From NCBI GenBank assembly GCA_951406725.2, contig OX597820.1, positions 78,740,001 through 78,804,000 of the forward strand: a DNA stretch of 64,000 bases, read 5' to 3'. The notes beneath the pieces were generated by a model. The model did not search any database. It had not been told where the DNA came from and saw only the letters and a program-made list of their open reading frames with translations. Positions 13,553 to 26,550 of this stretch are shown in pieces. The number at the start of each line of letters is the position of its first letter. Within the stretch, counting starts at the first letter, position 1. Made by a program: the position numbers and the translations under genes. Source of the DNA: Octopus vulgaris. Its lineage: Eukaryota.

Positions 13553-13576
13553 CAGCATTTTCGAACTTCATTTTTT

Positions 13577-13621
<45 letters not shown>

Positions 13622-14600
13622 ACATGTGTCCGAATGGCGAGTTCCTCAAATTTATAATGTCAAACCATATCCCGAAAAATGTGTAAATTTCGATTAGCAC
13701 AGTAATATTTTTAAACATCGCATTGAAAATGGGTCTGCTATCTTCCCAAGCATTTTTAGTTCTAGAAATAAGAAAATGGGTACGCATTATATATTGATAA
13801 ATGTGGTGTCATTTTTAAGTGGTGTGTATAAATCGCATTTCTCGGTTGCACCAAAATACAAGAGTTGACGATGACAAGAAAAGTTCTGATGTCAAAAGGA
13901 AGAGCAAAGTGATAACTCCTGATGATAAATAGAATGTGACAAAAAGATATGAATGTGGTAAAAGCAAAACAACATTAAGGCGAGATTTGTGAATGAAGCA
14001 ACAGAGCGAACAAGAGAAAAACAGTTAGTTATAAGGAAAGAGCTAAAACAGCATGAACAGTAGGTACACAAACATGGAGCGTTTGCCTTTATGAATGGGA
14101 GATTGCATCCAAAATAGAATCCCTCTATTCACAATGGTTAGCAAAATGAAAGGATTTCTTAAGGATCTTCTCTATAATAGAAGTTATCAAAATAAGATTA
14201 GATTCTGACCGGGACTAAAGAAACTTACTTTTCTAGCCCTTGTTGTTTTGACAGATTCAAATCTTGAATATGATAAAATAATATGCACAGTGGAGGCTGC
14301 AAGTGTGAACAATCTTGAAGCATCGATATATACCCTTGGTTTAAAAAGATAATTGAAGAAAAGTGTTATTGCGTTATGACAACAAACAGGTGTTCAATGT
14401 TGATAGAAGAGTTACGTACTTGAAAAGAATAACTTCAGAAAATGTTTTATTGAAAAGAAAATAAAGTGGCAACCTTATATGTGAGCATGTGTGTGTGCAT
14501 ATAGATGTATATGCATGTATACGTGTGTGTATGTATGTATGTATTATGTATGTATGTGTGTGTATGAGTGTATGTATGTGCACCTTAAATTGATTCGTTG

Positions 14601-15170
14601 TGTCATTTTGTGAACAAAACCATCTCTATAAACAATGCGATCGAAGACAGAAAAACAGGTTATGTGTGTATATGCACATTTTGTGGGTTCTTGGCCTCTC
14701 ATCAGCACCTTAAGCAACCTATCAACTGTCCACGAACGCATTGTTTAATTACCCATTAGGTTTAGTTATGTAACATAATTAGATAGGCCAATTTGCATAT
14801 CAAACATATTCCTGACAAATGGTACGTATATAATTTCTGTCAAGGTAACAGTATTTCGTTTTCTTGCCATAATATACTATTAAGTATATTATTAGTTTAT
14901 TAAGTCAATACTGTGTCTTGCCGTGTGTCAACAATACTTTAATTTCATTTGAAGTTACCAAGAATGTGTTTGATATGCAAATTGATCTATCCAATTATGT
15001 TGCACAACTAAACCTCGCGAATGTTTAAACAATGTGTTCGTAGATAGTTGATAGGTTGGATGAGACGCTGATGTGAGGACAAGAATCCTCGAAATATGCA
15101 TATACACCCATTATCTATCTTTCTATCCTCGATCGCATTATTTACACAGACGTGTTTGTTTACGAAACGT
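14601..15170. mobile_element. Old foldback element (~210-bp inverted arms) with an HHR motif in each arm
   Basis: Arms ~14601-14815 and ~14955-15170; two-arm consensus GGTG-CTGATGA-GAGG..CCTC-GAAA-TATGCATA-TA-CACC (14665-14709 minus, 15064-15108 plus). Confidence 0.7.
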
Positions 15171-15542
15171 TCTAACTTACAGTGCTGGCTTTGGTTTCTA
15201 TAGAAAATCTAGAGACAACCTTAAAATGAAATTATAGCACTGTTAACACACAGAACTGACTTAATACTAAGAGGTGTATCATGACAGCAATTAAATTAAG
15301 ACCCGTAATTATGTATTGTGCACAGATTGCAAAAGCTATTCAAAGCAATAACCAACTATCTTAAACCAGCATTTTGGTTTTCTAGAAAGAACACACAAAA
15401 GACCAAAGTTCTTTTGATCACAAATAATCAACCGATTTTTGCACAATTAAAGAAAAGTATTTTAAAACGAAGAATCTTACTTTGAAATTTTGATTGTTTC
15501 TAGCTAACACCTGAATGTCATCTATTTGTAATTAGTTGGGTG

Positions 15543-15862
15543 AGGGTGCCTGGCTTAGAGATTAGGGCATTCACCTCACGATTGTAAGGTCATGAGTTCG
15601 GTTCCTGGCGATGTGCTGTGAGGCTGAGGAAGACATTTTATTTTACGTTGCTCCAGTTCGCTCGGTTGGCAAAAATGAGTAGTACCTGTAATTCAAAGGG
15701 CCAGCCTTGTGACATTCTGTGTCACACGGAGTCACCCTTAGTACTATGTTAAGGGTTTGCATGTCTGTGGAGTACTCATCCACTTGCACGTTAATTCCAT
15801 GAGCGAGCTGTTTTGTTGACTTGATCAATTGGAAACCTTGTCGTCGTAACCGACGGAGTGTC
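15543..15862 (+). mobile_element. tRNA-derived SINE family C
   Basis: A/B-box-like head (TGGCTTAGAG..GTTCGGTTCC), body GGCAAAAATGAGTAGTACCTG; homologous to 35367-35690 and 43484-44685. Confidence 0.85.
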
Positions 15863-16639
15863 ACTTACTGTAATTAGTTATTTGTGGGAAAATTTAAAAC
15901 TCATATTTTTGCCTCCGAACATAACATCCCTTTTACAACCTATAAACCAAGGGGTATTTTCTATTTCTAAAGGCTTTTTTTTTTGTAATCGTTCGAACAA
16001 GCAATTAAAGTTACAACAAGAAAAGAAGCAGTCCCACTGGTACTAATTCAATGTTTAAAACTGCCTTTGAAAATATTCATGAATCGCAAGATAAAGTCAT
16101 AACAAAGAACAGGAGAGCTGTTTGAAATCATATTTTGCTATATAATGCTATTTCATCACATTTTATCACATTTTACTGCATTGCGTTAATGATTTCAGTG
16201 ATGTTCTGAGCGAGAGAAAATGGCTATCATTTGAAGAGTGTTTGGCGACGGTGAAACTGTGGATGTTCGTGGTTTCTTTGAATCCCATTCGAAAGAATTA
16301 ACTAATCACGAAGACCTCCTGCATTTGTATCAAAGTTGTGCGTACGAAGAAGCAAATGATGTAACAAGCGAGAAAAATGAACAGCAAATCGATAGAATTA
16401 CTGTAAAAGAATTCGATTCTTCACGAATTTGAAAAGTTCACATAATAAATAATCGAATATTGCATGGAAGCTCAGAGAATTTTGGACAAAGAATTCCACT
16501 GCAATGGATAGATGCATGCGAAATACAATAAAAGAATATGATTTTAAAATGCAGTTGAAATGATCTTGGATAAAAACATTATCGAATAAAACTCGATTCG
16601 TAATTTTCTTATCATTTTTATATATAACGTTTTTTAATC

Positions 16640-16895
16640 TTTGGATTGCATCCACGCTGGGGCACCACTTTGAAGGGTTTGGTCGAACAAATCGCCCCGA
16701 ATTGATTACTGTTTTGTTTTTTGTTTTGTTTTTTTTTAAGTCTTGTAATTATTCTATCGATCTCTTTTATTACGTTGCCGGAGCATAAACAAACCAACAA
16801 CGGTTGTAAAGCGGCGTTGGGGAAGAAACACACACACAGAAGCATATATACATATAGAGAGAGAGGTACACATGCACATACACACACACACACAC

Positions 16896-16957
<62 letters not shown>

Positions 16958-17760
16958 GTAGTAACAGAAAGGAGGAATTTCGATTATCCCCACGTGGTGA
17001 GTTGTAATGTATATAAGAAATTAAAAAAGGAAAATACGCACATTTACATAGTTTTAATATAATTTTTAATATATCGACTGGTTTCGCTATCGCTATTCAT
17101 GATATTATGTTTTAATTATTTGAATAAGTATTTTTTCTTAAGAAGAAATTTTGCCCATGTTGGGTGTGATGATATTTACGAGTGAATGACTTCACAAGTA
17201 GCAAAATAAGGTGAGGTAATTGCTTATCGTTATTATTGTTATTGATGTGGGTAAGGGAGATAACTGTTCAGCTTTCGGTAATGGGAGGGGAATATATATG
17301 TACAGACAAAAACAAGTTTCGAAAAGCTTGTTTAGTGAGGGAATTTATGTACAGTGATGTAATCGTGAATTGAAATATGTAAAAAGATAAAAGTTGGTTA
17401 TGCGTGCATATCAAGACGTGTTCTGTGTTTTTCAATGAAAAAAGTTTCTGTATTTAAACGTTCTTGTGGGGAGATTGTGTCTTTGCACTGATAGAAGGGG
17501 AAGACTATGAGACTAGTTTTAATTCCCCCACTAAACAAGTTTTGCGAGACTTGTTTTTGTCTGTACATATATATTCCCCTCCCATCATTCACTCGTAAAT
17601 ATCATCACACACAACATGGACAAAATTTCTTCTTAAGAAAAAATACATATTTAAATAAGTAAAAGATAATATCATGAATAGCGATAGCGAAACCGGTCGA
17701 TATATTAAAAATTATACTAAAACTATGTAAGCGTGCGTATTTTCCTTTTTTAATTTCTTC

Positions 17761-17792
<32 letters not shown>

Positions 17793-17935
17793 CGACGGGC
17801 TTCCGTAGAGCTTCCGTCCACGAAATTCGCGAACGAGGCATTGGTCAACCCGAGCAATGGTAGAAGACACTAGCCCAAAGTTCCCCGCAGTGGGACTGAA
17901 CCCGAAACGAGCTTCTTTATCACACACCCATGCTA
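16640..17935 (-). mobile_element. SINE family A split by a foldback element inserted in its central (TA)n
   Basis: 3' body 16640-16850, head 17791-17935, insert 16953-17762. Confidence 0.8.
16953..17762. mobile_element. TA-flanked foldback element with A3-U8 HHR variant
   Basis: Inverted arms ~17011-17345 and ~17521-17762; plus strand 17669-17703 ATATC-ATGAATA-GC-GATA-GC-GAAAC-CG-GTC-GATAT, mirrored in the other arm. Confidence 0.75.
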
Positions 17936-18164
17936 GAACCAATATATAATATACGTACATACATATATATGTGTGTGTATACTATATATATATACACACA
18001 TATATATATATGTGTGTGTGTGTATATATATATATGTATGTATACTCTATATATAGATATATATGTAATATATATATATAATATTATATATTACTTCAAC
18101 CTCTTTTTTACATATATGTGTGTGTATACCATATACAAATACACATATATATATATATATACAA

Positions 18165-18204
<40 letters not shown>

Positions 18205-18269
18205 TTCGAATACTATTTTCTTCCACCTTGTTTCGCATTTATGTGCTTACTCTGGTATATACATATATA

Positions 18270-18618
18270 GCGAGAAGTTGAGGCTATAAGAGATAATGGT
18301 GTCATTGGGACCCAAAGGTGTCAGGTAATGCTGAATAAGATAGTTGAGTTCCAGATTCGGTAATATGGCGAATAAATGGTTCAACGTTGGTTCTATGTCA
18401 GCGTGTGTATATAAGAATTTTTTGCGTAATAAGATAAAAAACCAAGGGTGTGTAGATATTAGAGCATTTATAGATAGAAGGTCTTACAGCTGTTTCTAGG
18501 ATATTTATTAATTGAAGGGATATAATTAATAAATATCCTAGAAACAGCTGTAAGACCTATCTATAAATGCTCTAATATCTACGCAGCCTTGTTTTTTTAT
18601 CTTTTTACGCAAAAAATT

Positions 18619-18624
<6 letters not shown>
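18270..18624. mobile_element. TA-flanked foldback element containing the 3' half of an HHR
   Basis: Near-perfect arms 18409-18513 and 18524-18624; GAAAC-AGCT-GTA-AGACC in both arms. Confidence 0.7.
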
Positions 18625-18677
<53 letters not shown>

Positions 18678-18812
18678 GTGTGTGTGTGTAATATAGTAAC
18701 CAACTAAGGGATGAAAATATCCGTATATACTATCGGTATCCGTTACCTGTGTTATCTCCAGGCAATGGTGTGCAGGCACACCAAACAATACACGTAGAGT
18801 ACAGATAACACA

Positions 18813-18857
<45 letters not shown>

Positions 18858-19164
18858 TTGTTGAATATATTTCTCTTGTTTTTCACTCTGATGAAGATCC
18901 ATTGGCTTAATTGGAATGCCCTATGAAGATGAAGAATTTGATTCTCGCATTTATGTATAGACTGCACATTGGCAATTTGATCAGTAACGGCCGTAAGATA
19001 TGTCGCGTAACCTATTTTGTTATGTCTTGCTTTGTATTAAAAAAGAAGCTATAAATATGGTCCAACCAATGTGTTGGTTAAGCTGTGATTTTCTCCATTT
19101 TCTAATCATTTGTATATATTTATATATATATACTGAAATTCGACATTGTCTTATACTTAAGGTT

Positions 19165-19253
<89 letters not shown>

Positions 19254-20280
19254 CAGTCATTACCATTAGTCATAGACTGACACTGACCCTATCATTATTC
19301 CCACGCATGTATAAACACACACACTGAGAAGCACGCAGTTATGTTCACAGTTACTGAAAGGAATCAATCACTCTTAAACGAAGAAAAAGTTTACCAATCT
19401 CCTATAAAATGTCTACCATCACTTACACACATATACACACATACGCACAGACACTCTCTCTTTCTCTATCCTCTCTCTCTCTCTGTCCCTCTCTCTGCTT
19501 TGTTGAATATATTTCTCAGCGTTAGCACGTTTACTTCCCGCATTTAAATCATACTTCACTTGATAACCTGCAAAAATGTATTCGCGAAAAACTCTTTTGT
19601 CGATGTGGCTCAGATAAAGAGGGAATAAAATGTTCTCTCAGTCACATCTTAAAAACAAGAATAACCAATTATTTTAGAGTGGCTTTATATTTCGCCATTT
19701 ACTTTCCTTTGTCTCTACTATTTTATTACATTTCCTATGGTTTATATATATTTATATATGTGTGTGTGCGTGTGTGTTGGTCGTATTCGTTTGTTCCTTT
19801 ATTTTACATTTTTTTTCTTCTTTTTCCATTATATATTTATCGGTTTTGATATTCTCTATCAATTCTTTGTCGCACGCCCACACTAAATGGTACGTCTTTA
19901 GAGCAGAAACTTTCCAAATGACACACGCGCAGCAATTTTGGACAGCTAACTCTCTCTCCTTCCACCATAACACGTTTTACTATCATTCACACATGCGCAT
20001 GCGCATATAATTCTGTTCACGTTATACTTTCATTTGTCTTCGATCTTTTACTTGTTCCAGTCATTAGACTGCGGCCATGCTGGAGCACCGCCTTGAAGAA
20101 ATTTTAGTCAAACGAATTAACCCCAGGGCTATTTTTTAAGACTGGTACCTATTCCATCGGTCTGTTTTTTTCCGAATAGCTAAGTTACGGGTACGTAAAC
20201 ACACCAACACCGGTTGTCAAGCTGTAGTAGGCTCAAGCACAGACACAAGATGATAAACGCTCGCACACACACACACATAC

Positions 20281-20329
<49 letters not shown>

Positions 20330-20330
<1 letters not shown>

Positions 20331-20525
20331 GCCAGTCGCCATGCTTGATCGCTAAATCTACAAGTTTTTTTTTTAATCTCTTCTGTTTATTTCCTCTATC
20401 CCCTTTTTCTGTTGAAGAGCGTAGGCTCGAAATGTAAAAGACTTTGTCACTCTCCCGAGCGTCAAACTAATACACCTGCTTGTTGTTCCTACACCTGTCT
20501 TCGTCTTTTGTTTTTCCATAAATTT

Positions 20526-20528
<3 letters not shown>
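20330..20528 (+). mobile_element. TA-flanked PLE-like fragment with HHR-like motif (20405-20440)
   Basis: TTTT-CTGTTGA-A-GAGC-GTAG-GCTC-GAAA-TG-TA-AAAG; homologous to 38090-38292; core position 6 is non-canonical. Confidence 0.6.
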
Positions 20529-20608
<80 letters not shown>

Positions 20609-20714
20609 CTCTTAGTAGCTAACTCTGAAATCGGTCCAATATGGTAATAATGGACTTTTTTAGAAATTTCTGTCGGCCTTTTTTCGAGTAGCGTGCGTAT
20701 TGTGAAAAAATTAT

Positions 20715-21245
20715 AGCATATGAGCTACTGGGAAAGACTCAAGAGATTAAAGCTCTATTCCTTGGAGCGTAGGCGAGAAAGATATGCCATAATATATATC
20801 TGGAAGATCCTGGAAGGACTTGTCCCAAACTTTGGCATCGAGAGTCACACAAATGCCAGAACCGGGCGCCACTGCGTAGTACCAAGGACTCCAAATTTGC
20901 CATCAAGATGTAGGACAAGATATTGTGATAGCCTGGGCTTCAGAGGCCCACAGCTCTTCAATATCCTCCCAAAGAACCTGAGAGACCTGCATGGTGTAGA
21001 TGCGGATGTCTTTAAAGTAGGACTGGACCTCTTCCTGTCAGGTGCCCCGGATGAACCAACTTCACGGCAGGAGGTGCAGATGAGGGCAGCTGCATCGAAC
21101 ACTCTCATGCATCAGATGGCGTTTGCTAAAAAGCATCCGTGAGGTAAAATCGTGTAGCAAACCAAATGGCGGTGCCCCAGCATGGCCACAGCTCATTAGC
21201 TGAAACTGGAAAAATCAAGATCAAATCAAAATCAAATCAAAATCA
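20715..21245 (+). mobile_element. 5'-truncated CR1-group LINE (ORF2 C-terminus, 3' UTR, (AAATC)n-like tail)
   Basis: ORF 20720-21142 SYWERLKRLKLYSLERRRERYAIIYIWKILEG..LFNILP..FKVGLD is the typical CR1/L2-group post-RT C-terminus; tandem tail 21212-21245. Confidence 0.85.
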
Positions 21246-21407
21246 TTTAATGGACAATATGTCCAATTTTTCGGCATATTTGGCATTAGAAATTTTTTTC
21301 CTTTGCCCTCATTTATGAATTGTTTATAAATTTAACCGTTAAAGGTATTTTTTAATATGCTGGCCATCGATAAAATTTTTTTCGAGAAAAATTTTATTCT
21401 CATTAGT

Positions 21408-21469
<62 letters not shown>

Positions 21470-21939
21470 GCTTTTTTCAGTTCTGTCTACCAAATCCACA
21501 CACAAGGCTCTGGTCGGCCCGTGGCTATAGTAGAAGACACTTGCCCAAGGAGCCACGCAGCGGGACTGAACCTAGAACCATGTGGTTGGGAGGCAAACTT
21601 CTTACCGCATAGCCACACCGACGCCTTCGTTCAACTCCTCCAGACAATCCTACAACACATCTTTGGCACATGTTACACACACAAGCATACTTGCACGAAC
21701 AGTCTCACACACACACGCGCCTTCTTACGACTCAGCTAGCAATTGCACACACACACACACACACACCTATACACACACACACCGATATTACTCCTCGCCT
21801 ACATTAGCTAACACTTGGCTTTTAGAATTTTCATTTTCCCATGCGTCCTGTTCTTTAATTAATTTATCGTTATAACTATCTTTATCACATTCACTCGTTC
21901 TCTTTCGTTCTCTTTCTGCCCCCTTTTTTCTTCCTCTTC

Positions 21940-21973
21940 TTTCTGAAGAAGGACTAACGTCCGAAATGTCAGG
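21940..21973 (+). ncRNA. Minimal type-I hammerhead ribozyme motif
   Basis: TTT-CTGAAGA-A-GGAC-TAAC-GTCC-GAAA-TG-TC-AGG; core and helix II intact, helix I mostly wobble pairs. Confidence 0.55.
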
Positions 21974-22156
21974 TCACTCCGGACCCATTTCAAGCGTTCG
22001 ACTCACACCGTATTCGTCTGATTTTTACTTTTTTTAGAGATGTTCATTTAGTGTTTTTTTTTTATGTTTTTGACTATAGAACATTGAGAGGGAGTGAGAG
22101 AGAGCGAGAGAGGGAGAGAGAGGGGGTGAGGGAGCGGGGAGAAAGAGAGAAAGAAC

Positions 22157-22245
<89 letters not shown>

Positions 22246-22987
22246 GTTGTCGTATAATGAATTGTATTTCGCAGTGTTACAACTATTCATATGTGTGTAT
22301 GTATGCATACATACATACGCACACACAATGACATACATAATTTACATATCCATATACGTACATTCAAGTTACATATACGTACACACCTATCGGAATTTCT
22401 GTGTATACATTCATATGTGCATGCAATCCATGCACATATACATACGCACGTACATACACACGCGCGCACACAAACGTTCGTACATGTCGCCATATGCAAA
22501 TATGTGTGAGAAATAGAAAGACAGAGTGTGTGGGCGAGAGAGAAACCGAATGAGAGGCAGAGAAAAGTGAAAACAGTGGACGGAACACATAAACGCAACC
22601 TTTCGTTCCGTTTTCCTCCCTCTCTCAGCCTCTTATCTTTGGTTTCGGGAATAAAAAGTTAAGTGTAGATGATATTTCTTATGTCTTTCACGAGAAGAAT
22701 TATGACGATAGCACTTGTATACAGAAGACATTTATGAGTGCTGCTTTGGATTTTTAATCAATTTAACTTGACTAGAACATTCGATTGGACAGCGACTGGA
22801 AGATTATGCTGTTTGGTCAATTTTATATCTCCCTCAAGAAATTCTTTTCAATTACTTCCCAGCATCAAATTCCTTGCAATGAAAGCCTCAAAATGTAACA
22901 AATTCCTGCCTTTTCGTAAATCAGTTTATGGTAAATTGTGAAGAAAATAACACGGTTTGTCAATAGGCAGCGAATGTGTGTTTGGCT

Positions 22988-23579
22988 GAGGTTTTATAAT
23001 ATTCTTTTCTGCTCTAGGCACAAGGCCCGAAATTTTGAAGGGGGGGAGAGGGGCCAATCGATTAGATTGACCCCAGTACGCGACTGGTACTTAATTTATT
23101 GACCCCGAAAGGAGGAAAAGCAAAGTTGACCTTGGAGGTTTTATAATATTCTTTTCTACTCTAGGCACAAGACCCGAAATTTTGGGGAAGGTGGGGGGGC
23201 AGTCGATTAGATCGACCTCAGAAACGCAACTGGTACTTAATTTATCGACCCCGAAAGGATGAAAAGCAAAGTCGACCTCGGAGGTTTTATAATATTCTTT
23301 TCTACTCTAGGCACAAGGCCCGAAATTTGGGGGGAGGAGGTGCCAGTCGATTACATCGACCTCAGTACACAACTGGTACTTAATTTATCGACCCCGAAAG
23401 GATGAAAAGCAAAGTCGACCTCAGAGAGTTTTATAATATTCTTTTCTACTCAAGGCACAAGGCCCGAAATTTTGGGGGAGGGGGTCCAGTCGATTACATC
23501 GACCTCAGTACGCAACTGGTTCTTAATTTATCGACCCCGAAAGGATGAAAGGCAAGTTGACCACGGAGGTTTTATAATA
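22988..23579 (-). repeat. Four tandem ~145-bp units of a headless SINE family B body
   Basis: GAGGTTTTATAATA (one copy variant) recurs at ~22988, 23135, 23281, 23425, 23566; each unit carries the TTTCATCCTTTCGGGGTCGATAAATTAAGTACCAG core on the minus strand. Confidence 0.9.
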
Positions 23580-23748
23580 ATGCGAACGTGAACAGGCGCT
23601 GGTATGGCAGCGTGGTTAAGAAGCTCGATTTGGAAGAACGTGGTTCTGGGTTCAGTCCTACTGCGCGGCACCTTGGGCAAGTATCTTGTATAAGAACCCC
23701 GGGTCTATCAATTCCTTGTGTGTGAATTTGGTTGACAGAATATACGTA

Positions 23749-24098
23749 GACGCCTCCGTGGCTGTGTGGTAAGACGCTTGCTTCCCAACCACATGGTTCC
23801 GGGTTCAGTCCCACTGTGTAGCACCTTAGACAAGTACAAGTCTTCTATTATAGCCTCGGACTGAACAAAGCCTTGTGAGTAGATTTGATAGACGGAAACT
23901 GAAAGAAGCCCATCTTGTGTGTGTGCGTGTGTGTGCGCGTGTGTTTGTCCTACCACCACTTCTTGACAACCAGTGTTGGTTTGTTTACGTCCTTGTAACA
24001 TAGCGGTTCAGCAAAAGAGACTGATAGAATGAGCACCAGGTAATGAGGTCGATTCATTCTACTAAAAATTCTTCAAGAAAATGCCCCAGCATGGCTAC
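23749..24098 (+). mobile_element. SINE family A (extra head at ~23590-23745, extra 3' body at ~24340-24550)
   Basis: Homology to 82-515. Confidence 0.85.
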
Positions 24099-24651
24099 AT
24101 CTACATACATACATATATACATATACGCATACACAGACATACATACATATGTACATACATACACACACACATACATACATACACACACACATACATACAT
24201 ACACACACACATACATACGTACACACACATACATACACATGCACACACATACATACACACACATATACATACACACACATGTACATACACACACATACAT
24301 ACACACACACACATACACACGCACATACATACGTGCATATGTGTGTATGTATCTTTGTGTTTGTTCCCCCATCACCGCTTGACAACCGGTATTGGTTGGT
24401 TTACGTCCCCATTCTCTACCAATTCGGCAAAAGAGAACGACGAAATAAGTACCAAGCTCAAAAAGAGAATATGCACTGATCTCCATGTTTTCAACTAAAG
24501 CTCCAGCATGGTCGCAGTCCAATGACTGAAACTAGTAAAATATAAAAGATTATCATACAATCAAATCCATTCCGACTATGACCACCCTGTCTTTTGAGAA
24601 ACACCTAGGAATACAATATTTAATGTTCTCTTTAAGGCTGTAGTGTGTGAC

Positions 24652-25017
24652 TTTTATTCTTTTGTTTAAGCCATCTGACTGCAGCCATGCTGGAGCACCG
24701 CTAAGCTACGGGGTCGTAAACACACCAACATCGGTTGTCAAGCGAGGGTAGTGGTGGACAAGCATAGACACACAAACACACATACACATATATACATGTG
24801 TCGGTCATTCAAAATGTGACCGCGTGTGTACTGTTGGCGATTTTTTTCCTCCGTCTTCCCTTCTTTGGATCTTTCCTTTTCCTATGTTTCTGACGAAGAG
24901 CTCCGCTCTAAACGTTAAATCCTCTTTCTTTCCTTCTTTCCTGAGCGTCCAATAATACTATACTTGTTCCACGTCCTCGCGTTGTTGTGTTTTCTCTTTG
25001 TGTTTTCATGTTTGCAT

Positions 25018-25062
<45 letters not shown>

Positions 25063-25226
25063 GACGGTGTTCTTTCAGTTTCCGTCTACCAAATCCACTC
25101 AGAAGGCTTTGGTCGGCCCGAAGCTATAGTAGAAGACACTTGTCCAAGGTACCACGCAGTGGGACTGAAACCGGAACCATGTTGTTGGGGAGCAAGCTAC
25201 TTACCACACAGTCACTCCTGTGCCTA
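24652..25226 (-). mobile_element. SINE family A split by an HHR element
   Basis: 3' body 24652-24790, head 25061-25226. Confidence 0.8.
24797..25021 (+). mobile_element. PLE-like pLTR fragment with HHR motif (24886-24920)
   Basis: GTTT-CTGACGA-A-GAGC-TCC-GCTC-TAAA-CG-TT-AAAT (G12 mutated); 3' end joins (TA)n. Confidence 0.6.
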
Positions 25227-26224
25227 TGTTTGGTTGCTATTTCTAGCGATTATTTTTACCGTTGGTTCGAGAATGAACTGAATCACTCGATATGGCACGA
25301 TGCGGCGGCAGAAATCTTTGCAGACAAATATGGCATTTGCTGCCAGTGAGGTGTGGCTAGCATGTAAATACGGTGGCAAACTGAAGATAAGATGAGAAAA
25401 CAAATGGAGGAAAAAGGAAAATTTGGAGTAGGAGGATGGAGAGAAAGAGACTCTATGAGAGAGTGATGGGGGGAGAGAGAGAGAGATAAGAGAAAGTATG
25501 CAAAGCCATAAAATGGAAAAAAGATAAAAACTTTGTAGAGCGTTGCATTATAAATTATAACATCACGTTTAAAGTTACAGCAGAAATATTTTAAATTTAA
25601 CTTTATTTTATTTTAAAACAAATAGATATGTTGTAACGAAATTCCGAAGGAGAAAAAAAAAAGTTATTTTTCCAAGAATGTGAAATGTAATTAATTAAAC
25701 TTTGAAGCAGAAATTTGAAAGTGTGAAAACAAAAGAAAAAGTTTTTAAAAATGATAAAAATACAACAATATTAATTGAAATTCAGCCAACATAACAAGGA
25801 AAACTGGTTGATTCAAATACACACACACACACCACCACCACCACCACCACCACACCACACGCATAGCTATACATGTGCATAGTCCCACATGTACATATTT
25901 ACATATGCACACACTCAGACATGTATACAGTCGAGTGTACTTACACCCGCACCTACGCATAAACACACACACACGCGCGCACACACATACACACACATTC
26001 ACACATACTTACATGTACCGCGTGCCTTTTGCTTTTTGTTTGTCTTAGTCAATGGACAGCGGCCATACTTTGAAGAATTTTTAGTCGAATGAATCAACCC
26101 TAACACTTGTTTTGTTTTGTATTTTTCCCCTTTAAGCCTGGTGCTTATCCTCTTGGTCTCTTTTGCCGAACTGCTAAGTTACGGGGTGAGACACACCAAT
26201 ACTGGTTTCCAATCGGTTGTGGAG

Positions 26225-26550
26225 GTCTAAGGCTGACACAAGATCTACACAAGATCTACCCAGCCAAAGATCTACAATGTCTTGTACAGAATTGGCAACT
26301 AAAACCTTTACCGGTAATAGCCGGCTGTAGTTGTAACTAGGCTTCATGTACCTTTGCATGTCGTTTAAGTCGTCCTCCTGCCGAATTACACTCTCTTCCA
26401 CATGCCTGACAGATATGATTAGTATGGTGTGTAACACCACCAGCAGTGGCCATGTTGTCACTCATCTGTCTTGCTTTATAACTACGAAGATGACTCTTGA
26501 GTCCAGCTTTACTGAGGCAGGGACTTACACAGACACTGCAGGTCAGCATC
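26225..26550 (-). mobile_element. Probable RTE-clade LINE 3' fragment with C-terminal C2H2 fingers
   Basis: CSVCVSPCLSKAGLKSHLRS, CQACGRECNSAGGRLKRHAKVH and a third decayed finger; no TGEKP linkers; abuts a SINE A body and (CATA)n. Confidence 0.55.

Larger units (their letters stand above)
13850..16560 (+). pseudogene. Decayed Tigger/pogo (TIGD1-like) transposase split by several insertions
   Basis: KRKSKVIT..K (psq-HTH-like, ~13895), NLKLIFLPPNITSLLQPINQGV (DDE_1 FLPPNTTSLLQPMDQGV motif, ORF 15858-16046), DVRGFFESHSKELTNHEDL (ORF 16238-16432); many stops. Confidence 0.8.
20043..21625 (-). mobile_element. SINE family A split by nested insertions in its microsatellite
   Basis: 3' body 20043-20260, head 21467-21625; interior holds an HHR element, an unclassified repeat and a CR1-like LINE end. 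Confidence 0.75.

Noticed and set aside
22988-23579. CRISPR-like repeat-spacer array
   Set aside because: The intervening segments are homologous SINE bodies rather than unique spacers; eukaryotic context with no cas genes
26225-26550. Host C2H2 zinc-finger gene
   Set aside because: No TGEKP linkers, in-frame stops, and context of a truncated insertion; better explained as a LINE C-terminus
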